Below are positions 60,509 through 64,000 of a DNA stretch of 64,000 nt, piece by piece; the stretch's first letter is position 1, and each line of letters opens with the position of its first letter. This DNA comes from Terriglobia bacterium (GTDB taxonomy: Bacteria; Acidobacteriota; Terriglobia; 2-12-FULL-54-10), in the NCBI GenBank assembly GCA_963666975.2, contig CAXVYR010000003.1, forward strand, positions 1,024,001 to 1,088,000. The letters are read 5' to 3'. The position numbers and the translations under genes are program-made. The notes below the pieces were generated by a model. That model made no database searches. It was not told the DNA's origin and worked only from the letters and a program-made list of their open reading frames with translations.

Positions 60509-60988
60509 ATGAAAACCGTTGCCCAGCTTTGGCAGGGTGGGTGGCAGAGGATGGTCCGAAGGGCGTCCCAGGCGCTCCTGCGCAGGAAAATGCTTACTCC
60601 CGAGGCGCTTGTCGGGCGACAGGGCGAGGAGGCAGCGTATTGGTATCTGCGCCGGCAAGGGTATGTCATGGTGGAGAGAAACTATCATCCACCGGGACTG
60701 CATAGTGAAATCGACCTGATTGGCTGGGAAAAAAACGTGTTGGTTTTTGTGGAGGTCAAGACCCGCAGCGACAAAGCCCTGCGACAGCCTGAGGCGGCGG
60801 TGGACCTGGAAAAACGGCGTAACGTAACCGCCGCAGCCCGCGCTTACCGGAAACGGGCAAATCAATTAGCCACACCGTTTCGTTTCGACATCATCAGTGT
60901 TAGTGTTACGGCAGCCCCGGCAGGCATGCAAATCCAGCACTTCCGCGATGCCTTTCAAGAAGAACTATCCTCTCCGCACAGCTTCTGA
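60509..60988 (+). CDS. yraN: YraN-family endonuclease-like protein
   Basis: GRQGEEAA..YL...GY, EIDLI, LVFVEVKTR, RFDII. Confidence 0.9.
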   Translation: MKTVAQLWQGGWQRMVRRASQALLRRKMLTPEALVGRQGEEAAYWYLRRQGYVMVERNYHPPGLHSEIDLIGWEKNVLVFVEVKTRSDKALRQPEAAVDLEKRRNVTAAARAYRKRANQLATPFRFDIISVSVTAAPAGMQIQHFRDAFQEELSSPHSF

Positions 60989-61364
60989 CCCGGATTGCCG
61001 TTATGAAATTCCGAAGCTAACCTTTTCAGGTGCGCAGAAGCGGTCGGGCCGGATAAGTGTTATCGGCAAGGCAGGCAGGGGCGGGCAAACCCCGTACCGC
61101 GACTCCGACGAACAGCCAAAATGAGCCGCACTACCACCGCAAAGAGGCCAGAGCGATTTGCACTTGACACGACAGGGTAGGAGGCACAGGTTTTCGGGTG
61201 ACAGATTTTGGATAAAAGTGAAGCTCAATATGGAAATTCCGGCTATAATCTCACCGCGTAGCCTGGGGGTATCGAAATCGTTGAGCAGGTCGCAGGCGGC
61301 ACAAACGGGATCATCCACCGGGTTTTGAGGGGAAAGGAACGATCTTGCGCAGATAGGAGACTGA

Positions 61365-61820
61365 ATGCTTGAAGCACGCTATGCGCCTGGCAAGTCGGCA
61401 CTGATCCTCGCTATTGGCCTGGGCGCAATTGCTCTCAATACGGCTTTTTATCTTTTTTCATCCTCCCACTATCCCGTGCTCTGGATATTTGGCGTGGCGG
61501 CAGCCGGGATCGGGGGGCGTGCCCTGGATCGACGTGTCAAGCTCCGCATCGGACCGGAGGGGATTTTCTACGCATCGTGGGGAGGGCAGCCGATTCTATG
61601 GAGCGAGTTCGAAGGGTTCGCCATCTCCAGGCAACAAAACGTCGTAGTCGAGGCGCGCGTAAAACAGCCTGATCAGTTTCGCGCTCGACTACCTCTTTCG
61701 GCGAGACTTGATGCCTGGCTCAACCCACGATTTGGGCGTCCGCCATTCTCTATCAATCCCACTCAACTGGACCAATCGGCTGAGAAGATTCTTGAGGCGC
61801 TGGGAAACCACCGCGGATAG
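61365..61820 (+). CDS. Hypothetical membrane protein
   Basis: Two TM helices then LRIGPEGI...ILWSE; AGGAG RBS. Confidence 0.65.
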   Translation: MLEARYAPGKSALILAIGLGAIALNTAFYLFSSSHYPVLWIFGVAAAGIGGRALDRRVKLRIGPEGIFYASWGGQPILWSEFEGFAISRQQNVVVEARVKQPDQFRARLPLSARLDAWLNPRFGRPPFSINPTQLDQSAEKILEALGNHRG

Positions 61821-62079
61821 GCCAAGACGAACCGTTTGGGAACTTGTGCTGGTCCTGAGCGCATTGTCTGCGCGGAAACCCATTCTAAGGTCTCTAAGGA
61901 ATATCGTATTCAATCGCGAAAGAGCAGATACACTTTCGGTGCATTCTGCATTCCCAGCATTCGTATTAAGAGTTATTCGGCTCTAAGCATAACTTCCAGG
62001 CCGGCCATCTCCGCGACACTGCCAAAGGACTGACGGAGGTCTTGTGGAGGAAACCGCCTATGTTAATATGAAGAAATGG

Positions 62080-62156
62080 GGGCGGCTAGCTCAGCATGGG
62101 AGAGCGCCTCGTTCGCAACGAGGAGGTCACCGGTTCGAGCCCGGTGCCGTCCACCA
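62080..62156 (+). tRNA. tRNA-Ala(CGC)
   Basis: Acceptor GGGCGGC/GCCGTCC with G3:U70, anticodon arm CCTCG-TTCGCAA-CGAGG, GGTTCGAGCCC, CCA. Confidence 0.95.
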
Positions 62157-62282
62157 TTCTTTGAGCCCCATTGGCCTGTGTATTCACTTTGGGATATAAG
62201 CCGGCCTCCGTCCATTTCTACACGGGCGAATCTCGCATCCGTCTCCGTTTGACCCATTTTCCCTGGAGCGCCCTTCGCGTGC

Positions 62283-62588
62283 TTAGCCGTACTTTTTGAC
62301 CGCTTTCTCGATGGCGGGGCCGGCCTTTTCCAGGTCTTGAGGGACCATTGCCGGATGGAACTCAACAGAGGCATTGAACCCAAGAAACCACGGCTCTGCT
62401 ATGGCAGGAATCTGCGATGTATCCTGGATGTCAAGAATCAGTAACGCCGTCCTCTTACCATTCTCTTCGTAGAAATACACTGCCTCGGGCTTCAAATCTT
62501 CGAGAATGGACTGGGCCGCTTTGAAACCTTTTTTTGCTGCCGCATTGCCCGCCTCCACTGGCCAGGAAGCCTTAACCAAAAATCGCAT
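62283..62588 (-). CDS. Small protein (DUF3303/GYD-like)
   Basis: MRFLVK...KPEAVYF...G.RTA...IPAIAEPWF; GGAGG RBS. Confidence 0.75.
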   Translation of the reverse strand: MRFLVKASWPVEAGNAAAKKGFKAAQSILEDLKPEAVYFYEENGKRTALLILDIQDTSQIPAIAEPWFLGFNASVEFHPAMVPQDLEKAGPAIEKAVKKYG

Positions 62589-62760
62589 ATGTTCCTCCGC
62601 AAATTCTAAAGTTGCGCCGTCCATCTTACATCACACAGCATTATTCCGCATGCACGTAAAATCACGGTAGTAGGTCAGTTTCCGTTAGGCACAGCGTCAC
62701 AGGATTTGTCAGGGCACGGTTTTAACCGTGCCGTTAAGATGGCCATCTCCAGAAGGGCTT

Positions 62761-62904
62761 TAGAGTCTGTGTGGAAACCCGGAAAAGCCAGCAAATCTGA
62801 GCCGTGCGCGTGAGCAAGCGGACACAAACCGCTGGTTATCAATCCGAACTTTCGTGGTCGCTCCATTACTGTCGCGGCTCGGAATGGTTTCCACACAGAC
62901 TCTA
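62761..62904. mobile_element. 144-bp MITE-like element with REP-like interior
   Basis: Perfect 19-bp IR TAGAGTCTGTGTGGAAACC / GGTTTCCACACAGACTCTA; inner GAGCCG...CGGCTC hairpin. Confidence 0.75.
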
Positions 62905-64000
62905 CAGACCCAGGATTCCCTGTTGCCCATGGTAGAAGAGCCCGGCCAGCGCGCCTGTCATAAGCGTCGCCAGAGTAGCGCCCGCCAGCGCGCGAAAAGC
63001 CAGAGCAGTAAGATCGTTTCTGCGGGAGGGAACCAGAGCGCTGATGCCGCCGACAAAAATCCCCATCGAAGCTAGATGAGCAAAACCACACAGCGCGTAA
63101 GAGAGGATTAGCAGAGTCCTGGGCGAGACGGCCTGAGTGGCGGCCATTTGCCCCAACCGCTGGTAGGCCACCACCTCGGTCAGGATAACGCGCTGGCCCA
63201 GAAGCCGGGCCGCCACGGGAAGATCGCTGCTTTCCAAACCCAGCAGCCAGGCGAGCGGGGCGAACAACCAGCCAAGAATGCGCTCCAGCCGCAGCGGCTC
63301 GTCAAACCAAACGTTCAAAGGCGCGGTCAACTTTTCCAACGCCAAGTCCACAATCCCAACCACGCCCAAGACTGCAATCAGCAGCGTGGCGATCCCTGCG
63401 GCCAGCTTTAAGCCGTCCCAAGAACCGGCGCTCAGCGCGGCCATAGTGTTGCCGTGGAGCTGGGACTCTTCGATTGGGGGCAGCGCGCCCAACGTCTCCG
63501 GCTTGCCCGTCTCGGGAAGCATCAGTTTGGAGACCAGGACCGCTGCCGGTATGGAGAGAACCGAGGCGGAGATGAGATGGCCGGCGATCTGGGGAAAGCC
63601 GTCCTTGAGGAAGAAGACGTACAGCGCCAGCGTGGTGGAGGCGACCGTAGACATGGCGCAGGTAAGGAGGGTTAATAGTTCCGAGCGGGTCATTCCGGCC
63701 AGATAGGGTCGCACCGTCGTGGCGGATTCGATCCCCACAAAGATGTTCGACGACCCGGCCAGCGCCTCCGCCCCCGACAGCCGCAACGTCTTTTGGAACA
63801 ATCGCGCGAACATACGGATCACCGGCTGAATCAGTCCGAGGTGGTAGCAGGCCGCCATCAGGGCGGCAAAGAAAATCACGGCCGGCAGCACCTGCGCCGC
63901 CAGGATAAATCCCACTGAAGGTTCTCCCGCCGAAGTGCTCTCACCCGGATTGAGCACCAACGGTCCGAAAAGAAACTCCGCCCCTGCGCGGCTCGCTCCC
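62902..64000 (-). CDS. Concentrative nucleoside transporter (NupC/CNT family), 5' end outside window
   Basis: [50 protein letters not shown]. Confidence 0.92.
   Translation of the reverse strand, partial: GASRAGAEFLFGPLVLNPGESTSAGEPSVGFILAAQVLPAVIFFAALMAACYHLGLIQPVIRMFARLFQKTLRLSGAEALAGSSNIFVGIESATTVRPYLAGMTRSELLTLLTCAMSTVASTTLALYVFFLKDGFPQIAGHLISASVLSIPAAVLVSKLMLPETGKPETLGALPPIEESQLHGNTMAALSAGSWDGLKLAAGIATLLIAVLGVVGIVDLALEKLTAPLNVWFDEPLRLERILGWLFAPLAWLLGLESSDLPVAARLLGQRVILTEVVAYQRLGQMAATQAVSPRTLLILSYALCGFAHLASMGIFVGGISALVPSRRNDLTALAFRALAGATLATLMTGALAGLFYHGQQGILGL

Noticed and set aside
62080-62300. Island integrated at tRNA-Ala
   Set aside because: No duplicated 3' end or integrase is visible within the window.

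Overview
Bacterial DNA of roughly 60% GC by eye; the gene style looks Acidobacteria-like, but that is only an impression. Bases ~839-36701 are a ~36-kb genomic island integrated at tRNA-Pro(TGG) and bounded by a 52-bp direct repeat. No intact integrase is visible. The island carries an AddAB-like helicase/nuclease pair, a truncated YhaN-like ATPase, an HTH-ImmA/PIN pair divergent from DUF2188 plus a fused SIR2-(APAZ)-short Argonaute, an orphan proteasome-beta-like Ntn hydrolase and a HigBA-like TA pair. It also carries a tightly coupled four-gene operon (unknown protein, PLD-family nuclease, SNF2 helicase with a C-terminal YbjN/chaperone-like domain, stand-alone YbjN-like protein), which is the best candidate here for an undescribed defence system. 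Many IS elements and scars are present (rve-type, IS6, 2x IS1380, IS256, IS3 remnants). Four co-oriented copies of an integrative-element end signature occur, two of them next to inverted 5' halves of tRNA-Val. The flanks are core genome: rtcB, proBA, an Aas-like synthetase, phzF-like, aminotransferases, tandem ALDHs, sppA, ribB(A), cysS, yraN, tRNA-Ala(CGC) and a NupC-type transporter, with several REP/MITE-like palindromes. All calls come from motifs read by eye; no database searches were run.
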